The notes beneath the pieces are model-generated. The model saw only the letters and a program-made list of their open reading frames with translations. It ran no database searches and was not told the DNA's origin. The translations under genes were made by a program, and so were the position numbers. This document shows, one piece after another, positions 1 through 13,407 of a stretch of DNA of 64,000 bases. How positions within the stretch are numbered: the first letter of the stretch is position 1; the number at the start of each line of letters is the position of its first letter. The stretch spans positions 113,437,485 to 113,501,484 of the forward strand of contig NC_068982.1 of NCBI RefSeq assembly GCF_001194135.2, written 5' to 3'. The DNA comes from Octopus bimaculoides (Eukaryota).

Positions 1-769
1 ATAGACTAAATTCAGTGATATAATCAAACGTATCGCAGAGTAGTCAAACAACTACTAAATGTGCTTGTTATCTCAATTCATATTCATGTTTACCTGAACG
101 TACTCATAGTACACTTATTAACACAAAATTATTCAAAACATATTTTCTCTATTTATTGATTGCATTTTCTTTCGATTCTATATGAAATTGTTATGATTTA
201 ATTTGTTTTCCTTTTTCTCTCGAGAAAAATCACATTGCAATGATTATTACAAAAGTAAAAATTATTTAAAGAACGTAATTAAACAGGTTTGGTAAAAAGA
301 GATCGATTTTTAAAAATATGTTTCCTAAAAATTATTCCCTGTCCTCACATTGAAGCAGATGTTCACAGATGCTAGAAGGAAAGATAGATGGTACTAACAT
401 AGATAAACGAAAAACACTGGGATAAAAATTCGTTAATTTTAATCTTTACTGAGTGAATATTTGATATTAAGCTGCAGGCAAGGTCACTTTCTCTCCAATT
501 CTTATGTTATTTATATTTAGATATAGTAATTGACGTCGAGTAGAGTGAAGTTTCTAAGAAGCCTAGTTCACGACCAATTTTGAGTAGCATTTGTAGTGTT
601 TTACGTTTCATATGTCAATACTACTTTGAATAAGACGTGAATCACACAAAACCTTTCCCCAATATTTCTTATATGTTTCAGTATTGTTGTTGTTTTTTTT
701 TATTTGGATAAAACATTTCTTGGAAAATTAATGACATAAGTGATCTCATTCGTTAATGGGTGTAGCTAT

Positions 770-905
770 GACTCTCTGACTAAAGTTTGCACCGCAACCA
801 CATGATTTCGTGTGTGATAACGCTATGTGGCATCTTTAGCAAGTGTTTCCTGTCATAGCTTTGTGAATGAAATTTGGTTGTTGAAGATTGTTTGGAAACT
901 CCTCA
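770..905 (+). mobile_element. Highly degenerate tRNA-derived SINE 5' fragment
   Basis: Segment ..caaccacatg..gtggcatctttagcaagtgtttcc..ttgtgaatgaaatttggt resembles the reverse complement of the head of the SINE copy at 51885-52268. Confidence 0.4.
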
Positions 906-1674
906 GAATTACCACTGTTTTTCGTTTTAGCTAGTAGACAATCTGTTTAAAACCTCCTCGCTCGGCCTTTGCGGATTTCATTGGGATGAAAATATTCTGC
1001 ACAAATCTCTAGTCAAATTATAACTACCTCGCTCTTCGCTTCTTCCCACCAGTTATTTGTATAAAAAATAATTCATGGCATGAGCTGAGATATTAAAATA
1101 TTAAGACTATGTGCATAACTAGATAATTTCATATTTTTCTACCCTGAGTCCAAACCATGTTAATTCGAATTTGTCAACCATCTCTTTGAGGTTGTGAGAT
1201 TCAATACTAGTTCAATGCTAGTCATTTATAAACGTCGACAATACGAATAAATGTCAAATTTCCTACCTGGAGCCGATGTAAAAAAGTCATTAAATATAAA
1301 CCTATTAATACGCCTGAATATATAATCAGAAATAAGACAACATAGCTATAAACGTAGGCATGTACTTTAAACTTAGGCACCTCCATGTGCTTAAAACTTT
1401 GGCATCTAAACCGATATCATTCCCAGATATAAATTAAGCATTCCACTGAAGATGAAGAAAATATATCAATTACCATCCAACATTTTTGTGTTCCAACCAC
1501 AAACAACATAACTGGCAAATCGTTATGCTTTAAATAATTTGAAATTTTGTAGGAATCGTTTAACAGTTTAGTCATTGCCTGTGGAATATTGGCTCTATAA
1601 ACGCTTTTTTATACTATAACTTTTTTATTTTTTTATATAATAATATTTAACATATTATTATTTATTATTCATAG

Positions 1675-1742
1675 GTGGATATTTCTCTCATTGGATTTAC
1701 ATTTAGAAGAGGAATTATTGAACTACCTTCAAAGAGTATAAG
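1675..1742 (+). other. Candidate 68-nt internal exon of an unidentified host gene
   Basis: AT/T-rich tract ending tattcatag, then GTGG...TATAAG, then gtaaca. Only the phase-0 frame is open: VDISLIGFTFRRGIIELPSKSI. No recognisable homology. Confidence 0.25.
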
Positions 1743-2129
1743 GTAACAAATCTTTTCTTTATGCCTTCTTTGACATGAGAATTTTGAAACTTTCAAACAG
1801 CAAGGAGAACTTCAGGTGGTCATCTGAGATAATATTCACAATATATATGCTTTTGCCACTTACGATGTGAAGTAGCGGTCTTGCTCTTCTCCGGGATCTT
1901 CTACACTTGTAAGTACAATAAAGCTGATGTTTCACTTTCCGCAGGGCTCCTCTACATGACTACTTGATCTAATAGAAATAGCGCCAAAATCCCTTGAAGT
2001 CACAGTTACCAGCTTAGATAATAACAGGAAAAAAATAGATAAAATAATCCTAGTTAACCTCTGACAGGACAGGATGCTGATGTTTGCAATGTATTTTATC
2101 ACATGTCTGACCAGGGTTAATCAAATGTT

Positions 2130-4460
2130 AAGCAATACGACAGCAACGACGAATATACAGTATTCTAAAGTTCAACGGTTCTGGATAGGAATGATAGCTT
2201 ATGCTTTGTGCAAGATTTGATTAGCGGATTGTCATGAATTGCAAAGGATCCTCTAGGAAGCAGAACATTAAGGGTTAATGAGAACAAAGCACACTGTTTG
2301 AAAATATTGATACGATCCGGACGGTTTATCTTGTTGAAAGCGATATAATAAACATCGCTGCAAGGCAGTAATTGAAGCATTGATACTCAAGTTTAGCACA
2401 CATATTTCAAGATGCTATTGCTCACAAATGCATGCCGTTAAAGGTAAATTTACACCTTTAACGCCTGCGTGTATGTAGAAGTTGTTTGGGGTGTTTGTGT
2501 GTAAGTGCAATGTGGATTTATAAGTAAATACGTAGAGAAATGGAGGATTTTTCAATGAGAGTGGTACATAGATACCATATTTGCTCGTGTGTTGCGTATT
2601 TGAAAATATCATATTGTTAGGGTTGATTCTCTTCTTGATAATAGACCAGAAGTTACGGTTGTGATAAAATGTCTTCTGTGCTAGTGATTGTCTTACGAAC
2701 ATTTATAAGATGTTGAGCTAAGATTTGTTTGAAGAGAAATATTTGAGTGCTTTCCCAATATTTTTTCAGACACTATCCATCACAGTGCTTGGTTTTATTT
2801 AACGGCATTTGAACTGGTAAAAATGGGTAGATTCGTTTTTTGTTTTTTTGTTTTTTTTTTTGTTTTGTTTTGTTTTTTGTAGGAAGCAATCTACATCTTT
2901 ATTTTTATTAACAACACAACTGCGAGTAAGTCCTTTCAGATTTTGGATTTACTAGCCTTTGTAGAGTGAGAAATATGAATGGGTGTAATTATGAGGATGG
3001 CATACGTCACGCGATTAGATGTCTCGGGTGTGTTAAAGAAAAGGAATTGTTGATGAGAAACTGATGTTTCTGTATAAATGAATTAGAATATTAGAATGTT
3101 TGGATTCAAGAATATGAGAATATTAGATACAGGATTTTGATCTTGCAATAACCAGATTCTCCGACGAGAAGAGATATATGTTAAAGCTGGTCTGAAGGAG
3201 AAAAAGAGTTCAAGAAAGTCTGGACTTTCGATATTTTGGTCACTCTCCTGGTAGTTAGGGTATTAACGAGTGTAGATCAATAGAACTTGATGGTGTTTCA
3301 GCCATTAGATCATCAGCATTGGTGTGAGTGAGTGGGAGAGCTAAAGAGATGCCATGCATTTAGGTCAACGAGAGTAACGTCGTCTGACAAAAAGTGGGGA
3401 CAGAGATAGGTAAAACGGCATGCCTACTGGTGGAGTAGCAAATCAGTAGATTTATCTAAGAGAAGTGATACATAAAAAATATTAACCAGAATAACTGAAA
3501 GATGTGTGAGATGGCTGACAGACAGGTAGAATATTTTTAACGTAATCACGAACACTAGTACTTTTAATACAATGGAGGATGTAACATGACCAGTAAATAT
3601 TGATTAATGGGAGAGGATCGGAAAATATAAAAACTCATATTTCACGCCCGTCGAAACTTCCGGGTAGAATCCAGGTTGAAACAAAGATGTAGTAGAAAAA
3701 GAATTGATCAACAGATTATTTCTCACTCATTCTTTTAAAGTTGTTAAACCACATAGATTTATTTTTTTCCGCAAAACTTCATGTCTGAAACTATCAGAAT
3801 CATACGGAATGGTGTGACCGTCTCAGGTTTTTTATACTGAAAGCACAATTTTATTATTTTTAGATATAGCAGTGAATTTGCCCTATTCTTAAACTTCATA
3901 TTTCATATATATATTACGAATGCTTGAGAGAAAATAAATGCGTTATTACTTTTTTTAGTGAGAGGAACACAGAAATTTTAAAAGAAAAGAAATTTTAGGT
4001 CGCCATATTGAAGTCTTTGCCAACAACGTAAGGGACGTAAAAGATATGCAATGATTCTAAACAATAAAATTGTTTCGCATTCGTGACTCCCTGGATGATT
4101 ACATTTTCTTCGAAGCAATTTTTCATAAATATATGAAATTATCGAAAACACAAAATCATTATTGAATTTTGAAGCTTTTTGGTTGTTTTTCTGGGGAATA
4201 AAAAAAGGAACAGTATTTCCAATATAATAGTTTGTTAACTGTTAGATGGTAGTTTAAATTTTTGTTGCTGTAATTCCCATAAGACACAATTTAAAAGAAA
4301 GAAAAGCAATTCCAACAAATTCTTTGAAATATTCAAGAAATATATTTAGAAATATCTGCGAAATAATATATTTAGAACAATTATCAAAAATCTTATTAAT
4401 ATCTTTATCTTTATTTTTATTCGACATTACAAAGAGAATCCTGATAAAATTATCCAATTC
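2130..4460 (-). mobile_element. Decayed CR1/L2-group (Crack/Daphne-like) LINE ORF2 remnant
   Basis: Minus-strand translation gives degenerate RT landmarks in the expected order: GMP..SLSPLF (about 3410), NADDLMAET (about 3310), KSTLHL, and the C-terminal SFLSRTVEL*N matching the SFxxRTxxLWNxLP end of CR1/L2 ORF2. Many stops and frameshifts. Confidence 0.65.
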
Positions 4461-4980
4461 TAAATAAAGTACACATCTTTATATCTCAGTTCAAAATGAG
4501 AAAAAGCACTTTGTAGAGTTACTAGATTTATATATTATTGATTTTGTCCGAGATAAATAACTAAGAACGATAAAAGTGTCAACAAGATGTGACAGACAAT
4601 TAAAGTTTTCCATTTCTATGTGTATGGGAGAAATTATGCTTGTATATGTCTTTGTCTGCTACTTGTGTATGTGTGTATGTTTGTTCTATTGATAAATTAT
4701 CCTTTTATTTATTAACGATTGGACCTTCTAATGATATCCCAGGCTACTTCCTGTGTTATTTTCTCTCTCTTTCTCACAGACACGCTCTCAGATACACGCA
4801 TACAAACATACACACACTACACTCACAATATACCACACACATAGCACAAAATACACAAGTGATCACGCACACATATATATATAAGAATATATGTATGTAG
4901 GGAGATATGTGTACTTGTAAGTATGTACGTATATTAGCATCTAGCTAAATATGTAAGTTTGTATGTAGGTATGTCCAATA

Positions 4981-5096
<116 letters not shown>

Positions 5097-6634
5097 ATGT
5101 ACATTGTGTCTGCTGATCTAAACTGCCAGAACCACAAATGTTGAGTTGGTAGTAGACAACAAAATTTGTGTTCAAAATAATTTGATGATTTAATTTTATA
5201 AATATATTAACGCGATGTGTGCGAGACACACTGAGACCGATATACATTTTATCAAATAGCAGAAATTTACACCGCCTCCCCAATATTTCTCTATTTCTAT
5301 CTCTCCTCTCTTTTTCTCTCTTTGAGCTTAAATACAGAGTTTCAACGAAAGAACCGATGGTTTTGACACAAAGGAATATCAGCATTTCAATATTGCCTTC
5401 CTGATTTTCAATTTAGAGTTTACAAAAAATAGAAAAATATTTTAATTGAAAATTGTGAAATCATATGAAAAAGCTTTTATTTTTGTAATATTTTGAAGAT
5501 ATTTTCTCGTTATTTTCATAAATCTGATTAGTCTCCTGGCGAAAAATTTCTGAAGAATGCTTGTATTTTGTGCCTGATGTCCAAGTTATTCTATGTAAAC
5601 GCAGACAATAATTCTACAGTTAGTCTACAAGTTTTTATCTAATCGTCTTGCTATCCAATTTATGTTTCTCGCGTCACATAATTTAAGAATTTCCTGTTCT
5701 TTTGGCTGCCAATTATGTAAGTCAATATTCATTATAACTAACATACCTTCTACGCTATTTATATTACAGCTCCTTCAACAGCAAGTTGAAAGTATCAATA
5801 AATACTTTGGAACAAATTTTCTGATTATATTTCCTGAACGTTCCAACAGAGAAACAACAAAAATGTCGGTTATATTAAATGCTATGACCTACTTACATTA
5901 CTAAGGAGACAGTAAGTTATTTTAAATGTTAATTGACATAAGAAATATTTTATAATTAGTGTTTCAAAGTTTAAGTTTGAAGATAACCCATGGGTTATAT
6001 TGCCTTCTCCCCTCTCTTTACCAATCTTGGAGACCTTCGGAGCGTATGAAGGCTCGTTCCTCTCTGACGAAGTTATGAAAATAAAGAATCTTTTATGATC
6101 AAATTCGACCTCTGCCTTACAACGAAATCCATTCATCACGCAGGAGTGTTATTAGTGATGCTTAGATTTTTCTTACGGTGGAATTAGATTCATGAGTCAG
6201 GTCATATCACCAGTTTGTTATCAACATTCTATACTGTTTTCGCTTGATGATCAAGTATATCAATTATAGTTGCAATGTGACTACAGTTATGTTTATATTA
6301 ATGAGTCCACCAACGAGTTTCTTATTTACTTCGGTATTCAGTTATTTACTTATTTCCTCTGACATTGATAATAAAAGCAACAAATTTATATTTCGCAAAT
6401 CCCTTTAAATACGTTGTTCTATTTTAGCTTCTTGATTAAGCAAACCTTTAATGAAAGGTATTCAAGACCTGTCTATCAAAACATTGTTTAAAATCAAGTA
6501 TATCTTGGTTTACATATACTGGAGTATATCGTAGAATTATTTGTCATTCTTTTCTATATTTAAAGATTATAATTTACTAGCATAGCACGGTACATTGGTT
6601 CATGGTGCCTATCCACGCCTGTACATACATATTT

Positions 6635-6900
6635 TGTCTTTTATCTTCTTTCTATTTCAGTTATTAGTCTGCAGCCATGTAATATACAGATTTGGGGGAC
6701 GAATCGACATCAACACTTATTTTTTAAGCCTGGTACTAATTCTATTGGACATTTTGCCGAACCGCTAGTTTACGGGGAAGAAAGCAAACACACACAGAGA
6801 GGGCTTCCTTCAGTTTCCGACTTCCAAATCCATTCACAAGGCTTCGGTTGCCCCGAGGCTGTAGTGTGAATAAGCACCAAACTTCTTACCTCACAGCCAT
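6635..6900 (-). mobile_element. Degenerate tRNA-derived SINE, family with an internal CA/TA microsatellite
   Basis: Shares ttttgccgaaccgcta, gggcttc..cagtttcc and aaatcca.tcacaaggct blocks with the copies at 51885-52268 and 36235-36392. Confidence 0.75.
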
Positions 6901-8677
6901 ACACACACGCATATATATATATATGCATCCATACTTACACTCATATATACGCATATACATGCATACATGTATGTATGTATGTACGTATGTATGTATGTGT
7001 TTCGTGAACGATGTCTTGAAAAAAAAAGAGTAGAATATTTTATTTCGTGTATATTTACATACACATGTGTGTACATATGTGAAATTATTAAAGAAAATAT
7101 TATTTACGTTAAAAATTTGCACAGCGACTTCAGAGTAAAACCTTTCACTACAGGTCGCCTGTTTTTAGCGTCTCTGACCGTCCCTCACTGTCACTCCGTT
7201 GGCTATTTTAGTTTCTCTCAACCAGCATGATCGACAGGGCACAAATTGTCTTTCATTATACATAAGCTTATTCTGAACTAATTAGAAATGACACGGCAAG
7301 TCATGTGGCATGTTATTAATTGAAAAAATAAATACCTAATAATATCAGTTGATATTTTTTTATTGAAAGACACTTTCACAGGAACTTTGCAGATCTAATT
7401 TGAAAGCAAGTTTACTGTGGAGGAAACTATATTTTACATTCATTATTAAGTTGCTTTTTTATATACTTTATTTGTCACTAAATTCTATCGAAATATGTTA
7501 AGACACTATGCGTCATTCTTTTATCTAACTCAATGTTCTTGGTTTAAATGCCATAAAGATATGAATACATATTGGTATTCGTATTTTGAAAGTCGGGCGT
7601 GTCATATGTTATTTTTCCAATTTGATGTTTTTACTTCTTTTCTACAGTATTGGAAAGTCATAGTGATATTTACAAACTTGACGTATTGTATGGCGTGCTT
7701 TCAAACATTAATAGCAAGAGACGATAATCAGTAATGAAGAAGTAAATAAACCATTTCAGGTGTTTAAAATTTCAATAAACCACTGCTGCCATGTCTACTA
7801 CAGTCAGAAAGGATGAGAGCAAATTTCAAATCTCAGTATGTCACTGAGTAATATGAATAGACTTAATTAACAAACAAAATCCCTTTTTTTCTAAGTACAA
7901 TTTTTGTAAGGTTAACACTACATTCAATATACTTTTTAAAAAAATTGTTCTCAGCGATAATGTTATTTTCAAGAGTTCATGACCTGTGCTTTATATTCTT
8001 ATTAACACAAACCTTTGTATTTTATTCCATTATTTATGGCAGCCAAGATTCACTGTAAGACAGCTTTTTTTTCCAGCAATAGATCTTTAACAATAGGATA
8101 TCTGGAAGATATCTATTGAATAAAATTGTTTAAGCGCTTAATATTAAGAACTGAAAAAAGTGATTATTACTTAGATTATAAAAGCTATAACTGATAATGT
8201 CACCAAAAAAAAACGGCATTTGTTTTCATATTTCTATTCATGAAATTAAGACTGTTTTTCCCTCTCATTAAGAGGTTATATTTTCAATATGGAACGAAAA
8301 TTTCTTTAGTGAAACTCACCATCATATATGGTACACTTTCTTGTGCTTCTTAACTGATAAAAACATATGTACACGCGTGCGCGAGTATAAGTGTGCCCTG
8401 CATATACATGAGTATATAGATATAATGATAGACACGATAATGGCAAAGGAAAATGTAAATCACATTGATAAATAAATATGTGATCATCAGACACCCTAGA
8501 AGACACAACACACAGAAACATGTGTGCATGCGATTGTGTGTGTACGTGTGTTTGCGTGTGGGATTTGCGCGCGCGCGATGTTGCTTTGAAGCTGCCTTGG
8601 CTGTCAGTAAAGTCTATTAAATATAACCCTATATAACCGCACATGTATTACTATATTTTGTTCTTTTTTCTTTTTAG

Positions 8678-8687
8678 TGTGAGACAG
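8678..8687 (+). other. Candidate 10-nt micro-exon (TGTGAGACAG)
   Basis: Preceded by ttttgttcttttttctttttag and followed by gtaagc, giving CAG|GTAAG. A TGCATG motif lies about 33 nt downstream. Confidence 0.35.
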
Positions 8688-9118
8688 GTAAGCGTGACCA
8701 AATTCCTGTGAGCGGGTCTATGCATGTTTGAGAGAGTATATGTGTGCGTGCACACGTATATGAGTGCGAAAATAAGTGTGTGCCTTAGAATTTCGCTTCA
8801 CCACTACTTATTCCAAGATTGATCCCCCTGTATGGCACTTTGAACATATGTCTTCTACCATATACTTGGTGCGACCAATAACTTGTGGGAAGAATTCGGT
8901 AGCTGGAAACTGTGCGGAAGCTCCTCGTTTGCACACGCATGTTCTACACATAGCATTACATTAAGTCTTATCGAGGTATTTTTCACTAAAGTGCCGAAAT
9001 AAATATCCATATGAATTATGAACTATACGTAGCACTGACATTGAGTTTCTACAATAAACGAATAATCTGTGAGAACCACATTCTGATACAAGTTATAAAG
9101 GTGTCGTAATTTTTGCAG

Positions 9119-9133
9119 CTGTTCTGCAAACCG
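9119..9133 (+). other. Candidate 15-nt micro-exon (CTGTTCTGCAAACCG)
   Basis: Preceded by taatttttgcag and followed by gtaagt. It lies 431 nt after the 10-nt candidate. Confidence 0.3.
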
Positions 9134-9899
9134 GTAAGTGTGATGTGATTCATGTTCAATTTGGTCTCTACAACGATAACATTGACGTCATATTCAACAG
9201 AACTGAGTGGGCGTTTTAAACTAAGCTTTGTTGATAAGACGCAGTACGATTGGCAAATAGATGAGAGATGAGTGTGTAAGATGGAGTTGAATGAAGACTA
9301 GTTCAACAGATCAGAGGCTATGGTAATAACGAGACAAGAGAGTAAAGAATTAGAAGTTGAAGCGTCTTAGAGCAAGTGGGTGTTTCATGTAGATAAATTA
9401 ATCTTTACCAGTGATTCAAATGATTTTCTTTTGAATGTGGCCAAGACTATTAATGTGTAAATTCGAATCCATATATGTAATAAATATTTCAATACGGATA
9501 CCACTTAAATTTTGTTGAATATCAGCAACTTATGAAGTATAAAACAGTTTTGGTCCTGAAAAGGAGGAAACTGATGAAATATGAAACATTTTCTGGTCCT
9601 GGAGAGGAGACTTAATGCTTGGCACGCAATTTTGGTGAAGCTATAGAGCACCAGTTAAAGACAATTAGAGGATATGTTGTTTCTCATAAGAGTAAAACAA
9701 CCTAAAGGTTATTAAATTTCCTTCGTGTAAAGACATAAACCGCCATGTACTATCTTCAAAATTCCACACTCTACGATTCTAGATAAGATACACACAGAAT
9801 AATTAAATTCTAGTTATATACCTTCAAATGTACAAAGAATGAAACGGTTATGGCTGAAATGCCAATATAGGTTTTTTTTATATTCTGAACACACCGAGG

Positions 9900-11050
9900 G
9901 CTAAAAGTCATCAATAATATACTCGCTAAGGAGACGCTCTTCTCTTTCACTCCAACTCAACACTGGATTTTGTAATACTGAGTTTCTTGTGATGTGATAC
10001 AGTAACAGTGGAAGATGGATGCGAGACGAGATAGAGCAATTCATAAATAATAAAGTTAACTGCTCTGACCCTGCCTACTTCGTTTCAACGTCTTCAATTT
10101 CAACATCTGAAAAGTTATAGAACAACCGGAAAACAAATCATCCACTTCATTACTATGAGTCCTTTTCCATAGTCAGAGAACAAGATCTACCAAAACCTTG
10201 CTCCCCTACATTACACATCAGAGATGAAGGCAATGTTGCTTTAAACATAAGGAAAGCCTTCAATGTGTCTAACACGAAACATGATTCGATAATCTACGCC
10301 ATCTGTTAGTCATTCTTGAGATCAAAATTTTCCTGTCACAATATTCTGTTGTAGTGAACACTATGTTCACTTCCATCAAATTTCACTCAACTCCATTATG
10401 CTTTTATGTTCAACTCAACTATGCCGCTCACTCTCTTCTTCATATTAATAACTTAAATGCTGTTTCTATTTACATATAACACAAGGTGAACGATTTCATC
10501 TTCCCTCTTCTTTAACCTACCAGTAACAGTTGCCATCTTCGTGCATTCTAGACACCTGATGTTAGATCTACACAAAACGTTGTACAATAGAGATATAGTA
10601 GAATTTTTTCCACAAATATACAATTGTTAAAGGTAACTAGGAAACAGTCTTCTATCTCACTGAAAAATGCTCGCACATTTTGTATACTACTTTTACTACA
10701 CGCATATTATATCCCAATGAGAATCCATTTGACTAAATGAAAAGTAGTCTCTAACTCCCCACATCCGTTATGTCACAGACGCACCACTCTGTCTGGTTGT
10801 CCCCAGTAATGCTACAACAATGGCATCTGCTCCATTAAACTAACAAAATCTATATCATTTATACTGTCCCACCTTGAGGGTTCTACATTAAATATTTTGA
10901 CTAACACACCTGCTCTTTATTAGAAACCAGCTACTTATGAAATTTTGAAGATTTGTCATCTTGAAAAGTTTACAATTGATAGTCAACTGCAACAACGATC
11001 TTACCACATTGTAGAAGAGAGCGTTTCAAAGGTCATGAGCCTGTCCCTTT
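9900..11050 (+). mobile_element. Decayed CR1/L2-group LINE RT remnant
   Basis: Plus-strand motifs in order: SDPAYF (cf. SDPSNYRP), VALNIRKAFNV (cf. VALDISKAFDRV), IKIFLSQYSVVV, LFFI.INNL, NIQLLKVTRK. Frameshifted. Confidence 0.65.
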
Positions 11051-12615
11051 TTCTCTCACTAGTAAACAAACAAAAATAAATGACGTGGAAACACTCAATT
11101 CTTAACGAAAACTAAGTATATAATATATCTTCTCTTATGAATCTGAAGTAGTTTTCCACTATGTGAATGCGCGTGTATGTATATATATATATATTATGTG
11201 TGTGTATGTGCCCGCGCATATAACATTTACAGCAGTATCTTGATTAATGTATATATGCATTAATCGGTGTGGATGTCTATATATATATGTGAGAATACTG
11301 AATGGGTTAGACATGTATTTATATACACAAACAAAAGTGTGTATGTGTAAGTGAAGTAGTGGATGCGTGTGAATGTGTGTGAAGGAGTGTGTGTGTGTGT
11401 GTGTGTGACTAGATGAGTAAGTATACATGTATCTAGGCATATATGTTTATATGTTGATATCTTGATGTGCTTTATACATACGTCTTAAGTATGATGTGAT
11501 TGTTTACACGCCCCTGTCTTGAAATCTATCATATATCAGCATGAAGTTCTACTTTAAAATATCTTGTTGAGAATCTATGCGACTATCTTTAAATCTATTT
11601 TTGAAGTTCTTTGCGATCAGATACGCATCACTGGCCATTCTACTCTCGCTGCCTGTTAAAAGAAATACATAGTCTCACACATGGATGCTTATCAAAGATT
11701 CACTACTGTCAGAATACGCTCTATTTCTCACTTATCTTCTTTGGAGATTATGCTAGACATGGCTGCCCGACCAACTGATGCTAGGAAGGTGTAAGCTTGT
11801 GTATACGTCAGTCTGCAACAAAGAAAATAAATACTGATCGAGAAATACGCATGCTAGTCTATACGTTAGTAGAACTGACTACTATAAATCGAAAGCAGAA
11901 GTTATAAGAAAAATTGCCGTTCAAGGGAAACAGCCAAAAAATTATTATTACAACGAGAATAGCTTCTCAGAATTTACTCTGCAAAAATACATGCATTCGT
12001 TCCCTTTCAATGTAACATCCGACTTTCTCATTTTTCTTGTCACGTTCAGAAGGTATAAAATTCGAGTTTCCTATATTTATGGCAGTGATTATAGCGTATT
12101 GTATAAGTTAGATACCTTGTGGTAGAGTCTATCAATTATTTCAGCTTTCTGGAAATCAATTTTGTGTTTCATATCTAAAGTGCATAAGTTTGGACAGATA
12201 GCAAAATAATCAATGCAACTGTGATTTCACTTTTACTCAGCTCCATTTGATATCAATATTATATTATCTATACACATACTTACATCAGTTTCAATAGAAG
12301 ATATGCAAATTCTTGAATGACTCTTGTTTAGGGAGTGTACCAGGTTGAGATTTTATGTCTATATTTACTAAACTAGAATACTGAACTACTAACGCTTTAG
12401 CAGTATATACGTTTACATAGCAAACAACGTATTTCTGTTTTGCATGATGGTGTTCTTTAGCACAATGTAGACATGTTGATTATTAAGTAATTTTGATAAG
12501 GAAACAAACTGACTCTACAGAATAAATGTATTAACGTGACTCCTAAGGTCAGCAATAATACAATTAGTAACCAAATTTTCTTCGCTAACAATTAATAATG
12601 GACTAATCAATAATC

Positions 12616-13000
12616 GTGGAGGCACAATGGCCCAGTGGTTACAGCAGCGGACTCGCGGGCATAGGATTGCGGTTTCGATTCCCAGACCGGGCGTTGTAAG
12701 TGCTTATTGAGCTACAACACCTGAAGCTCCACGAGGCTCCGGCAGGGGATGCTGGCGAACCTTGCTGTATTCTTTCACGACAACTTTCTCTCACTCTTAC
12801 TTCCTGTTTCTGTAGTGCCTGTAATTCGAAGGGTAGCCTTGTCACACTGTGTCACACTGAATATCCCCGAGAACTACGTTAAGGGTACACGTGTCTGTGG
12901 AGTGCTCAGCCACTTGCACGTTAATTTCATGAGCAGGCTGTTCCGTTGATCGGATCAACTGGAACCCTCGACGTCGTAAGCGACGGAGTGCCAACAGCAG
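12616..13000 (+). mobile_element. Full-length tRNA-derived SINE with 11-bp TSD
   Basis: A-box tggcccagtgg and B-box-like gtttcgattcc. Identical flanking AATCAATAATC at 12605-12615 and 13001-13011. Confidence 0.9.
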
Positions 13001-13407
13001 AATCAATAATCATATATTGTTCATTGTAGAAAACATTGATCACGAATTGAACACATTACTATTAGACGAACATCTGTCTCAGAAATTCTTTAAAACTATG
13101 AACATGGGAATAATATGTGCTAAACCTTTAAATCGCTGGGAAATTCAGGTTCTGAAGTTCAATTCTGTTATAAAGTAGATCATCGTCCACTTGTATGTTA
13201 TTGTCGGCACTGTAATATTCTTATCGCCACTATTATGTTGTGGCGGTATTCCGCATCTTATTATCTTTGACTCGTCTATCATGCTATCGTTGATAGCTCC
13301 GCAAGACAATGACTGTGAAACGTCTACCTCGACGGTAACTCGAACTCATATGTATCACGTAACTGATACTAACTCCAAATGAGAACTCGCACAGGGACTC
13401 TACTACT

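Noticed and set aside
8320-8353. Minus-strand 34-nt exon-like segment (tttttatcag|..GATG|gtgagt)
   Set aside because: It is isolated, frame-shifting and opposite to the other candidates. It shows that such patterns arise by chance here.
12616-12700. tRNA gene call for the SINE heads (also at 38032 and others)
   Set aside because: A and B boxes are present, but I could not fold a complete cloverleaf and the heads continue into SINE bodies.
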